NCBI RefSeq assembly: GCF_001194135.2
Contig: NC_069003.1
Coordinates: 29,628,045-29,690,265, forward strand
Source: Octopus bimaculoides
Taxonomy: Eukaryota
Direction: 5' to 3'
DNA length: 62,221 nucleotides
The translations under genes and the position numbers were made by a program. Below the pieces are notes generated by a model. It was given only the letters and a program-made list of their open reading frames with translations, was not told the origin of the DNA and made no database searches. Shown here piece by piece: positions 53,369 through 61,940 of this stretch (positions are counted from its first letter, which is position 1; each line of letters opens with the position of its first letter).

Positions 53369-55326
53369 ATGCATCAGTGTGCATATGTATGTTTAAGTGA
53401 AAGGGCCACTTAAATTATTTGTACCTGGCGAAAATGATTTGTACCTGGCGAGAATGATTTGTACCTGTAGTTTACAGGACCAGCCTTGTCACGTTCTGTG
53501 TCACGCTGGATTTTGTCTGAGAACTACGTTAACGGTATGCCAGTCTGGTGAGTATTCAGCCACTTGCACGTTAATTTCACGAGCAGGTTGTTCCGTTGGC
53601 TGGATCGACTCGATCACTCACCGTCGTAACCGACGGAGTCCCAGTTTTCACATGGCTTAATATAAAACCGTCTACGTGGTCGCTCAGCTTGCTAGAAAAA
53701 GCAACTGTATCACTGCTGTCTTTAAAAATGCCACACTAGGTAATGTTCTTACGGAGGCACACTTTGCCTTAAAGATTTGACTTCACGGCTGAAATATCTT
53801 TGATCAGAGGTCATCTGGTTCAGCTGCTTGACCTAAGGTTAAACAAAAACACCATTACCAACAAGAACGACAGCAATTCATAAAGAATTATTATGATTGT
53901 TTTAACATGAGATCATAACATATATATTAGGTTGGTGCATTATTATTGCGGCTTTTTTTCAATAAATTTTATTCAACAAAGAATTTATAATCAGGATAGA
54001 GTAACCGCAAATGTGTATGTATGTATATTTAAATCCCTCAACTCATGAGCAGAAGTAAAAAAAAAAAACGCAAAATCACAGCTAACTCTAGAAAGTCTTT
54101 TCATTTTTCGACAGGTTGAGCGGGAATTTGTCGATGGTGATATGAACCTGATTATAAAACAGGAACCATACTTAGGAAACGGTATGTTATATACTTGGTT
54201 GGCTTCAATGCAAACACAGCGTAAATTTCCATATGTGTGTGTTTATTCTCATACATACATATAGATAGATAAATGGATATATATATATATATATATATAN
54301 NNNNNNNNNNNNNNNNNNNNNNNNNNNNNNNNNNNNNNNNNNNNNNNNNNNNNNNNNNNNNNNNNNNNNNNNNNNNNNNNNNNNNNNNNNNNNNNNNNNN
54401 NNNNNNNNNNNNNNNNNNNNNNNNNNNNNNNNNNNNNNNNNNNNNNNNNNNNNNNNNNNNNNNNNNNNNNNNNNNNNNNNNNNNNNNNNNNNNNNNNNNN
54501 NNNNNNNNNNNNNNNNNNNNNNNNNNNNNNNNNNNNNNNNNNNNNNNNNNNNNNNNNNNNNNNNNNNNNNNNNNNNNNNNNNNNNNNNNNNNNNNNNNNN
54601 NNNNNNNNNNNNNNNNNNNNNNNNNNNNNNNNNNNNNNNNNNNNNNNNNNNNNNNNNNNNNNNNNNNNNNNNNNNNNNNNNNNNNNNNNNNNNNNNNNNN
54701 NNNNNNNNNNNNNNNNNNNNNNNNNNNNNNNNNNNNNNNNNNNNNNNNNNNNNNNNNNNNNNNNNNNNNNNNNNNNNNNNNNNNNNNNNNNNNNNNNNNN
54801 NNNNNNNNNNNNNNNNNNNNNNNNNNNNNNNNNNNNNNNNNNNNNNNNNNNNNNNNNNNNNNNNNNNNNNNNNNNNNNNNNNNNNNNNNNNNNNNNNNNN
54901 NNNNNNNNNNNNNNNNNNNNNNNNNNNNNNNNNNNNNNNNNNNNNNNNNNNNNNNNNNNNNNNNNNNNNNNNNNNNNNNNNNNNNNNNNNNNNNNNNNNN
55001 NNNNNNNNNNNNNNNNNNNNNNNNNNNNNNNNNNNNNNNNNNNNNNNNNNNNNNNNNNNNNNNNTATATATATCTTCGAAACGCCGGTGTTTTAATGGTG
55101 GCAGCTGATGAAGGAAATGTTTCTATGTGGCCTGCTTGTTTGTTGTACCTTGTTTATCATTTTGTCCATGTTCTTTTGCCACGTCATGTACCCAGTTATG
55201 TATCTATATGTACATGTAGATGAAGGTATGTACATACATGTACATATATATGCATATACTCATATATTGTTTGTATCACGACAGAACGCACGCGTTACCT
55301 TTATACAGTAAGTTTTATATATATGT

Positions 55327-55373
<47 letters not shown>

Positions 55374-56560
55374 TGATACATATGATATGATAGATATATC
55401 AGAGAAAGAGAGGAAGAGAGAGGGGCTGGGGACGAGGGGAGATAAAGCAAAGCTAATTCAACGTGTGAATATGTCAAAATAATTTTTTTGTTTATTTATC
55501 TAAAATATCTGTTTTTCCAGAAGGTCAAACCTGGCGTTTTCCTATAAATATAAGTGTGGAATCTAAGCAAGAGGTTCTTCGGGAAACAGTATCATCGATA
55601 ACTTTCAAAACCAACATAGAAAATGTTGACGAAAAACAATGGATTTTTGTAAGTAAATATTTTCTTCTCTCTTTTATCTGTTTTTTAGGCGCAAGCGTGG
55701 CTGTGTGGTTAGAAGCTTGTTTTCCAGCCATACGGTTCTGGGTTCTGTCCCACCAGTGGGATACTTTAGACATGTGTCTTCTACTTTAGCCTCGAGTCAA
55801 CCAAAGCCTTGTGAGTGGATTTGGTAGGCGGAAACTGAAAGAAGTACATCGTGTATATATATATATATANNNNNNNNNNNNNNNNNNNNNNNNNNNNNNN
55901 NNNNNNNNNNNNNNNNNNNNNNNNNNNNNNNNNNNNNNNNNNNNNNNNNNNNNNNNNNNNNNNNNNNNNNNNNNNNNNNNNNNNNNNTGGATGGAGGGGG
56001 TAACGAAGAAAGGGAGAAGGTGGGGAGGAGTGAAGAAAGGGTGCATGTGTGAGAGGAGTGAGGAGGGGAGTCAGATGGGGAGGAGAGTTCGAGCCCATGG
56101 GGCGCGAAGAGAGAAGACTAATTTCCTGTTCACAGCGAAGGCAGGAGTCTGGACGTGCAAAGACAATTCAAACACAGATAGGTGTTGAAACAAATGACAA
56201 GTAGAGCAAAAATGGCGCGAGACCCCGGTGTCGTTGCCGAGTCTAATGTCTCGGAGGTGTCTCGCCTGCGCCTATAAACCACATATTTACTCTCAAATTA
56301 AGTACCTACGTTTTGATTTTAAACTTCGATATTTTGAAATATCAACAATAGTCTATTTCTTTTATAATTGTCATTCTTACTGATGTTCTTCACAGATAAA
56401 TTCAACTGGTTTCGGCTGCTTCCGTACACTTTACAGCACGAGCATGCTTGAGGCTTTACTACGTGGAGTTCGTGAGAAGACTTTACCAGCCCATAATAGA
56501 AGCGTCTTGCAAAACGACTTATTTTCCTTGGTTTGTACTGATATGTTAGATGTTATTATT

Positions 56561-56605
<45 letters not shown>

Positions 56606-58243
56606 TTTTCGTTATCATCTTCCAATTCTGTTTCCATTTCTTGTCGAATGTCTTCCTGACACCTAGGGCAGGCAGAGAAACGCACTGTATATATTAGAAA
56701 GCCATTTGAATAAATACACCAAATTGCCCATTTACAAAGTCATGTGATAGAAAAAAAAAGAGGAAGAAGGACAGCGAAATAAAAGTAAACACAGAAAATA
56801 AAGGGGAACAGGGAAAGAAAACTCACAGCGACAATGCTCTTCTCAGTACGTGCGACGTACCAGTTAAGATTTTTAAAGTATTTTTTGCACTTCCCGTACG
56901 GCTGGTAAGCCAGGGATCAGTCTTCAATAATTTTTAGTTCCTTTTTTGGTTTATTATTATTATTATTATTACCTTGGTCACTGAGGTTCTCTTGTTCTAG
57001 TACAAGCTAGTGCGACTAGCTACTAATGCTTTATCGGTAGCAGGAATGCTTCTGTAAGTAATATAACTAAAAAATGGCGTGACTGAATAGCGAACTTGGG
57101 CGCACAGCTATGCTTCCACCTTTCTGTCTTGGAAGGAACATAACTAGATTCCAGTTTTCAACAGATGCATCGTTTTATCTACCACAGAAGAATTAAATGT
57201 AAATGTTTCTATCATAGCGTGATTCAAAATCAAAACATAAAGAGCCGGAAATAAATCCAGAAGGCTTTTTTTTTTCTTTCTTGTTTTGTAACATTAAAGA
57301 TTCTGCCTAAATACAACTGAAAATATTCCCCGTAAGTTAGCATTGGATAAAGTAACCCAACTAAAATAATGTTAAAATAAACAATGTTAATGTTTTCAGT
57401 GTGTAAAAGATGGAAAATATACATATCAATATTTCGGGCATAAGCTCTTTATCAAGATACAGGTGAGTTAAAAATTGTTTTCTTAAATGTTTTAACTACT
57501 ATCTTTCGTTTATTTGCAGACGTTTGACTCTAAAATAAGTTTAATCGATCTCATGAGTGCATTGCCAGCTTTTATCGAAGAGGACGACCATCACGTTCTC
57601 TACGATTTGATCAATAACTATGAGAGTATGGGATATTTGTTACAAGCTAAGAATCTCTTCGAAGACTGGAAGCTATTTGCCAGTAGCCTCTTTCGAAAAT
57701 CCTTTCAAACAGTAGGATTTGAAAGACAAAATGGTGAAAGTAGGTATTGTTTTTGTCGTTGTTATTACTGTTTTTGCGGTGGTACGAGTGGTAACGGTGA
57801 AGACGGTGGTAATTTTATAGGTGTGTTTTGTAGTGGGGGTGAGGGGGTGGTAGTGGTGGTGAGGGTGGTGGTAGTGCTGGTGACTTACTTACTTACTTAC
57901 TGCCAGATCACATTCAATGCACTAGTTCTCGTCCGACCACCGAAGTTGAGCAACATTGAGCTTAGTGAGAACTTAGATGGCAAACTTAAGCACTGTAAGC
58001 ATTTCACACATTTAAGGAGGCGAGCTAGCACTACTGTTAGCATGCTGGGCGAGATGTTTAGCGGCATTTCGTCTGTCGTTACGTTCTGGGTTCCAATTCC
58101 GCTGAGGTCGACTTTGCCTTTCATGCGCGGAAGGAATGGAAAAACCTTCGACGCACTTCGACAGCAATGGGGTGAGAGAAAAAAAAATAGAGAACGAAAA
58201 AACGGAAAGAGAAAAAAAAAATGTGTATCGATTAATGATTTAT

Positions 58244-58285
<42 letters not shown>

Positions 58286-61200
58286 ACATATATGCTACAA
58301 GACCTCCCAAAACCGGACACCTATATCTAAGTGTTATGCAAGCCTAAAAAGATTATCTATGAAAAAAAAAACAAGCAATGTCATTGTAAGCAATCTCCAG
58401 AGACGGCTTTCAGTTTTTGTCTACCAAATCTACTCACAAGAGCTTGGCCGACTATCTTATGAGACACTTACTCATGATGCCACGCAGTGGGACTGAACCC
58501 GAAACCTTGTGCTTGGGGGCAAACTTCTTACCATAGACCCATATCTCTATATATTTTTGTCAACGAAATGCGCATTAAACGTTGAGGATATTTCTATTTC
58601 CAGCCTACGTAACTGATTATACGCATTGTTTTTAATTCCTGTACATCTCTAATTGAGACGAATTCTTTTTCTCAATGACATTTCAACTGTGTCAATACAT
58701 TCATTCTTTTTTAAGGTTCTTTTTTAACTTACTTCTTTTCTTGAAGTCGGTAGGATGTGATCTGAGAGAGATTTGGCTGCTAGTTTGAGTGAGTCGAAAC
58801 ACTACCGTAATGGTTCAACACTCGCTCGCACCTTTGTGCATATCTATGTTAAAATGTTAAAAGAACTCTCACATTCTATTTGGGTTTTCCGCCTTATTTC
58901 CAGAAACGATTACTACCTTGCTAAGGGACAAACTGCTGTGTATGTTAGGAAAATATGGCGAAGATAGTGTACTTAAGGAAGCCAGGATGCTCTTCAAGAG
59001 TTTTCTCAATTATAGGAACTTCATCGATCCAAATATTCGATATTCTGTAAGTATATTTAATTATTTCTTTCTACTTTTGGCACAAGATCACTTCAACACA
59101 ATTCTCTTATGTTCTAACAACCTTGTCCATCGGTTGCCATATGTAATGGCTACATAATGTTTAATTATGTATGTTTTGTTTATGCATAGTTTATAGCTTA
59201 ATTTTTAGTGAAAAAAAGATGTCACCATCTTTAAAGTTTTTTTTTAAAGCGCTTTATTATAAGTGTCATTTTCTATTTCAATAATAGGTCTACACCACGG
59301 TTCTTTGTCACGATGAGGAAGCATTTGGTATGTTAAAAGAGGTAAATGTGTTCGTTTAACGTTGTTTTCGTTTAATAGCATAATTATTTCGACTTAACAT
59401 CCTCTTAACAAAATTGTTTCAAAATTTGGCTGAAAAGGGAGAGTGTTTGACGATTATATCATACTCAGTACATAATTGATTCTGCATTTTATCAACTCTA
59501 AAAAGGAAGGGCAAAGTTGATCTGATCGTGGTGTGATTTGAACTCTGAGCATAAAGAGACGAACAAAATGCTCTTAAACAACTTGTCCGATACGTTAACC
59601 ATTCTGCCAGTTCTCCTTCTTTTATATTTTACGTGTGTGTAATATATATGTAATATATATATATATATANNNNNNNNNNNNNNNNNNNNNNNNNNNNNNN
59701 NNNNNNNNNNNNNNNNNNNNNNNNNNNNNNNNNNNNNNNNNNNNNNNNNNNNNNNNNNNNNNNNNNNNNNNNNNNNNNNNNNNNNNNNNNNNNNNNNNNN
59801 NNNNNNNNNNNNNNNNNNNNNNNNNNNNNNNNNNNNNNNNNNNNNNNNNNNNNNNNNNNNNNNNNNNNNNNNNNNNNNNNNNNNNNNNNNNNNNNNNNNN
59901 NNNNNNNNNNNNNNNNNNNNNNNNNNNNNNNNNNNNNNNNNNNNNNNNNNNNNNNNNNNNNNNNNNNNNNNNNNNNNNNNNNNNNNNNNNNNNNNNNNNN
60001 NNNNNNNNNNNNNNNNNNNNNNNNNNNNNNNNNNNNNNNNNNNNNNNNNNNNNNNNNNNNNNNNNNNNNNNNNNNNNNNNNNNNNNNNNNNNNNNNNNNN
60101 NNNNNNNNNNNNNNNNNNNNNNNNNNNNNNNNNNNNNNNNNNNNNNNNNNNNNNNNNNNNNNNNNNNNNNNNNNNNNNNNNNNNNNNNNNNNNNNNNNNN
60201 NNNNNNNNNNNNNNNNNNNNNNNNNNNNNNNNNNNNNNNNNNNNNNNNNNNNNNNNNNNNNNNNNNNNNNNNNNNNNNNNNNNNNNNNNNNNNNNNNNNN
60301 NNNNNNNNNNNNNNNNNNNNNNNNNNNNNNNNNNNNNNNNNNNNNNNNNNNNNNNNNNNNNNNNNNNNNNNNNNNNNNNNNNNNNNNNNNNNNNNNNNNN
60401 NNNNNNNNNNNNNNNNNNNNNNNNNNNNNNNNNNNNNNNNNNNNNNNNNNNNNNNNNNNNNNNNNNNNNNNNTATATATAACCCGATTTTTTATATGCAT
60501 TATTAGGTTTACGAAAATCTGTTGTGGGATGAGGAAAGAATGAGAATTGAACGTGCGTTTGGTTCTGCCAGGAAAGAGAAAAACCTGAAGAAAGTCTTAG
60601 AGCTTTCACTTTCGGTAAGTAAGGATGCTTTCCTATTTTATGCCACTATTTTTTTACAAATTCATGGAAAAGATCTATTTCCATTGTATTTCACAGGTGA
60701 GCCTCTTTTCACCTTATCTACTATATAATGCATATATCATACACACACACACACACACACACACATACACACACACGGGGATTGCATGCATATGCAATAT
60801 AATATATTATTGAAGTTGGCAGAATCGTTAGCATACAGGGCGAAATACTTAGTGGTATTTCGCCTACCGCTACGTTCTGAGTTCAAATGCCACCGAGGTC
60901 GACTTTGCCTTTCATCCTTTCGGGGGTTGATAAATTAAGTACCAGTGAAACACTGGGGTCGATGTAATCGATTTAACCCCTCCTCCCAAAATATCAAGGC
61001 CTTGTGCCTTCAGTAGAAAGGATTATTATTATTATTATTGAGTGAGAAAGCACTGCATTCCATCAAAGTGACACTGGGGTAAAATATACGAAGCCCATTA
61101 TACCCATCATGACTACCCGTCTGATAAGGGTACACCAGGCACATGCATCACAACCATATGTGCGCGACAGTCAGAATAAATAGTGCATGACCTTGCAGGT

Positions 61201-61557
61201 GGGACTCAGTTAGAATTTTCTTCAGATCGAGTAGCCCATCCCGCTCAAAAGGTCCCTGAATAAGGGTTGTTTAAGGATGCTGAACAGGACCCATGTTTCC
61301 AGAGATGAATTATCCAAACCCTCAAAGAATTTCTCTCAGCACCTGGCTATGATGCTCCCCCACTACTTCTGCTCGTGATCAGAGATGCACATATCGTCAG
61401 CCACCAAGGGACATGCTCAACTGGTTAAGGTCAAACAACTGACAAGCAAATCTGTGGTATCGAGCAGAATATTTGCTGTAGCCCATCTTTTATACCAAAA
61501 CAAAACAATGTACATGGTAACACTTCCGATCAATTAAGATCAGAAGCCATGAGAGCC

Positions 61558-61615
<58 letters not shown>

Positions 61616-61818
61616 CTTTCAGAAACGCAGAAAAAGTAAATCTCTTTTCTCAATATCTTTCGCAGAATGAAGTTAAGAAACAAGCCATAGTGAATATGGT
61701 TGAAGGAATCACGCACACAGTGAAAGGGAGAGAACTTGCTTGGAAATTTTACAAAGAGAATTGGTCGGTTTACAACATTTATTATCGAAATTGTCCAATA
61801 GAAGCTAAACTTATTGAG
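33461..61818 (+). CDS. NPEPPS-like: Puromycin-sensitive aminopeptidase-like M1 family gene, catalytically degenerate paralog (23 exons traced, ~790 aa, incomplete at the 3' end)
   Basis: Hand-spliced exons with GT-AG sites align colinearly to PSA as recalled, e.g. KIDLVALPDY, YGLAFFRESSLL, SWTNQSSFPL, RSVLQNDLFSL, RIERAFG, AWKFYKENW. Most intron positions and phases match recalled human NPEPPS. One junction is unresolved. Confidence 0.9.
33590..34105 (-). mobile_element. SINE family A (intron 1)
   Basis: Reverse complement of family A, spanning a gap. Confidence 0.8.
34340..34520 (+). mobile_element. SINE family C
   Basis: GCGAGCTGGCAGAATCGTTA head; core partly deleted. Confidence 0.7.
34805..35265 (+). 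mobile_element. SINE family B (tRNA-Arg(TCG)-like head)
   Basis: GTGGAGGCGCAATGGCCCAGTGGTTAGGGCAGCGGACTCGCGGTC...GGTTTCGATTCCC with A and B boxes; tail GCGACGGAGTGCC(AAC)n. Confidence 0.85.
35937..36012 (+). CDS. Coding exon 2: VEQPTQLIELKAKDLFFKDAHFTGV
   Basis: TCTGTCAG| ... G|GTAAGT; phase 0->1. Confidence 0.85.
36662..36741 (+). CDS. Coding exon 3: DMLQQKAEVIINEGTETASLKFPYELN
   Basis: CGTAG| ... AAT|GTAAGT; phase 1->0; matches PSA 'EKVTLSFPSTL'. Confidence 0.8.
37021..37106 (+). ncRNA. Type I hammerhead ribozyme motif (Penelope pLTR-like), sense in intron 3
   Basis: ACCACUC-CUGAAGA-A-GUGCCAAA..UUUGGCAC-A-GAAA-UGUUAACAU-A-GAGUGGU. Perfect 7-bp stem I, 8-bp stem II, palindromic stem III; AATAAA at 37108. 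Confidence 0.65.
38573..38695 (+). CDS. Coding exon 4: VGDGQLRLAYGGRVNYFNGGIFFGRFENDSSHSKVIAADLK
   Basis: TTTTTAG| ... AAG|GTGAAT; phase 0->0; PSA 'TQFE' is replaced by 'ADLK'. Confidence 0.85.
39599..39672 (+). mobile_element. Family B SINE head only, internally duplicated
   Basis: GGCCCA..GTTAGG.CAGCGGACTCGCGG occurs twice in tandem. Confidence 0.75.
39721..39825 (+). CDS. Coding exon 5: NEGYYQVFPTLRSVGPVYCNVTMNAPSGYTALSNM
   Basis: TCTTCAG| ... ATG|GTATGT; ends in the M1 hallmark ALSNM. Confidence 0.9.
40360..41015 (+). mobile_element. SINE family A, diverged, with ~250 bp of non-family sequence inside its microsatellite
   Basis: Head at ~40365, (GT)/(GA)n, tail CGATGCTCCAGCATGGCCGCGG at ~40965. 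Confidence 0.6.
41387..41569 (+). CDS. Coding exon 6: SRVSDDGDVSFKTAIFSKPEELRMVLGPFKTLKEEGCNDVKPLIKIHSCSENIHLGDCALK
   Basis: TTACAG| ... AAG|GTGAGT; phase 0->0. Confidence 0.85.
43044..43143 (+). CDS. Coding exon 7: LAVDFRNKMQKYFAEKIPNLEKIDLVALPDYCK
   Basis: TTATAG| ... AAAG|GTTTGA; matches PSA 'YKDYFNVPYPLPKIDLIAIADF'; phase 0->1. Confidence 0.9.
44694..44860 (+). mobile_element. Mariner-like relic (left TIR fused to transposase C-terminus)
   Basis: TA+CGAGGGAGCGCTGAAAAGTT TIR-like start; later GLEKVKNHCIKCVNLRGEYVE resembles the mariner C-terminus GI.KL..RW.KC....G.YVE. Confidence 0.55.
45619..46252. repeat. 95-bp perfect inverted repeat (45619-45713 / 46158-46252)
   Basis: Arms checked base by base as reverse complements; a related diverged copy lies at ~47305-47460. 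Confidence 0.9.
46470..46690 (+). mobile_element. SINE family C
   Basis: GGCGAGCTGACAGAATCGTTAGC head and AGTAGAAAG(G/A)ATTATT tail. Confidence 0.7.
46802..47223 (+). mobile_element. SINE family A, full length
   Basis: High identity to 17985-18445. Confidence 0.9.
47741..48092. repeat. 73-nt direct repeat (47741-47813, 48020-48092; 2 mismatches)
   Basis: AGGAT(T/C)CAGTTAGCT(G/C)AAGACATCATCAGGAGGAACCACGTCCGGTTTCGGCCCCTACTCCTCTACCGTTTTG. Confidence 0.9.
48116..48828 (-). mobile_element. 3'UTR of the (TACA)n RLE element, split at its internal microsatellite by a ~460-bp insertion (48265-48722)
   Basis: 48116-48264 matches 29580-29686 and 48723-48828 matches 29447-29525 (reverse complement). 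Confidence 0.65.
48838..48983 (+). CDS. Coding exon 8 (active-site exon): EYSSQYGLAFFRESSLLVSEDSTLENQLKVLQSVSSVMCQQLIFAMYPE
   Basis: ATTTCAG| ... GAG|GTAAGT; phase 1->0. Aligns to GAMENWGLVTYRETALL...VALVVGHELAHQWFGNLVTM. Confidence 0.9.
49400..49742 (-). mobile_element. SINE family D, near full length
   Basis: tRNA head GGCGCATGGCTCAGTGGTTAGAGCG...GAGTTCGAATCCC plus CORE-like domain. The 3' part is inverted relative to 49095-49225. Confidence 0.8.
49889..50035 (+). CDS. Coding exon 9: KKAWLIDGIRKFFSYLVLDVLRPGFECLKQFYAEVTSKALTFNSLSSKE
   Basis: TTTTACAG| ... GAG|GTGAGC; WLIDG aligns to WLNEG. Confidence 0.9.
50650..50980 (+). mobile_element. SINE family B
   Basis: Matches 34855-35260. Confidence 0.85.
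51085..51530 (-). mobile_element. Dimeric SINE family C
   Basis: Two head-to-tail units; the upstream unit has a different tail (...GCCCCTTGTGGGCAATAAAGAAATAAG). Confidence 0.75.
51606..51688 (+). CDS. Coding exon 10: AALNKQDDIIQNKTASLIAMLYNSHIC
   Basis: TTCACAG| ... CAG|GTAAGT; QDDIIQNKTASLIAML aligns to FDAISYSKGASVIRML; ends in phase 2. Confidence 0.85.
51747..51795 (+). other. Intronic hairpin, 18-bp perfect stem
   Basis: GATGGCGTATGTTCCTAC-GGCTGGAAAAGCT-GTAGGAACATACGCCATC. Confidence 0.85.
51911..52125. mobile_element. hAT MITE with perfect 8-bp TSD
   Basis: GTTTAAAC|CAGGGG ... CCCCTG|GTTTAAAC. Confidence 0.8.
52746..52793 (+). CDS. Probable coding exon 11: NRVAGVDNESECNVLE
   Basis: Long T tract + ATTAG| ... 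GAG|GTAAGT; only one open frame; phase conflicts with exon 10. Confidence 0.5.
52890..52904 (+). CDS. Probable 15-nt micro-exon 12: IRNNT
   Basis: TTATCACAG| ATCCGGAATAACACG |GTATGT; position corresponds to PSA 'QKNAAT'. Confidence 0.5.
53119..53143 (+). CDS. Probable coding exon 13: EFVDQLET
   Basis: CAATTAG| ... CTG|GTGAGT; parallels PSA 'DLWESLE'. Confidence 0.6.
53183..53238 (+). CDS. Coding exon 14: DCEESFESWTNQSSFPLVK
   Basis: CATCCAG| ... AAG|GTAATT; SWTNQSSFPL aligns to TWTKQMGFPL. Confidence 0.85.
53475..53640 (+). mobile_element. SINE family B, 3' part
   Basis: CAGCCTTGTCAC...CACTTGCACGTTAATTTCACGAGCAGG...CGACGGAGT. Confidence 0.75.
54115..54181 (+). CDS. Coding exon 15: VEREFVDGDMNLIIKQEPYLGN
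   Basis: TCGACAG| ... ACG|GTATGT; phase 0->1. Confidence 0.85.
55521..55648 (+). CDS. Coding exon 16: EGQTWRFPINISVESKQEVLRETVSSITFKTNIENVDEKQWIF
   Basis: TTTCCAG| ... TTT|GTAAGT; matches W.VPI.I...NVKPDQWVK. Confidence 0.9.
56396..56530 (+). CDS. Coding exon 17: INSTGFGCFRTLYSTSMLEALLRGVREKTLPAHNRSVLQNDLFSL
   Basis: CTTCACAG| ... TTG|GTTTGT; strongest PSA similarity (GFYRTQYSSAMLESLL...LQNDLFSL). Confidence 0.92.
57400..57462 (+). CDS. Probable extra 63-nt exon 18: CVKDGKYTYQYFGHKLFIKIQ (no PSA counterpart)
   Basis: GTTTTCAG| ... CAG|GTGAGT; phase 0->0, open frame. Confidence 0.55.
57520..57739 (+). CDS. Coding exon 19: TFDSKISLIDLMSALPAFIEEDDHHVLYDLINNYESMGYLLQAKNLFEDWKLFASSLFRKSFQTVGFERQNGE
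   Basis: TTTGCAG| ... GAAA|GTAGGT; 220 nt, phase 0->1. Confidence 0.9.
57895..58003 (+). pseudogene. Degenerate 5S rRNA-derived sequence (5S pseudogene or SINE3-like head)
   Basis: GCACTAGTTCTCGTCCGACCACCGAAGTTGAGCAAC...ACTTAGATGG versus 5S GCACCGGTTCTCGTCCGATCACCGAAGTTAAGCAAC...ACTTGGATGG (recalled); deletion after box C. Confidence 0.75.
58017..58128 (+). mobile_element. SINE family C, 3'-truncated
   Basis: GAGGCGAGCTAGC...GAGGTCGACTTTGCCTTTCAT. Confidence 0.7.
58904..59046 (+). CDS. Coding exon 20: KTITTLLRDKLLCMLGKYGEDSVLKEARMLFKSFLNYRNFIDPNIRYS
   Basis: TTTCCAG| ... TCT|GTAAGT; matches LLRGLVLGKLGKAG...EEARRRF. Confidence 0.92.
59288..59341 (+). CDS. Coding exon 21: VYTTVLCHDEEAFGMLKE
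   Basis: AATAG| ... GAG|GTAAAT; matches VYLTVLKHGD...MLK. Confidence 0.88.
60507..60614 (+). CDS. Coding exon 22: VYENLLWDEERMRIERAFGSARKEKNLKKVLELSLS
   Basis: TATTAG| ... TCG|GTAAGT; matches EEKNRIERVLG...KVLTFALS. Confidence 0.92.
60812..61022 (+). mobile_element. SINE family C, near full length
   Basis: Head TTGGCAGAATCGTTAGC, core GAGGTCGACTTTGCCTTTCATCCTTTCGGGG (resembles the Nin domain, from recall), tail AGTAGAAAGGATTATT. Confidence 0.8.
61040..61557 (-). mobile_element. ~520-bp non-coding interspersed element flanked by (TAT)n on both sides
   Basis: GC-richer unique-looking block between (TAT)n at 61022-61039 and 61558-61613. Confidence 0.5.
61666..61818 (+). CDS. Coding exon 23: NEVKKQAIVNMVEGITHTVKGRELAWKFYKENWSVYNIYYRNCPIEAKLIE
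   Basis: TTCGCAG| ... GAG|GTAATT; matches EEVRPQD...GRKAAWKFIKDNW. Confidence 0.92.
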
Positions 61819-61888
61819 GTAATTACGACAATTAATAATTAATTAGATAATTGATTAACTACTCATATACATAAAATTAATTCTCTAC

Positions 61889-61940
<52 letters not shown>

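Noticed and set aside
55075-55190. GAAAC..GTT and CTGATGAAGG, Penelope-like terminal words
   Set aside because: Order and pairing do not give a complete ribozyme; the missing half may lie in the gap and cannot be assessed.
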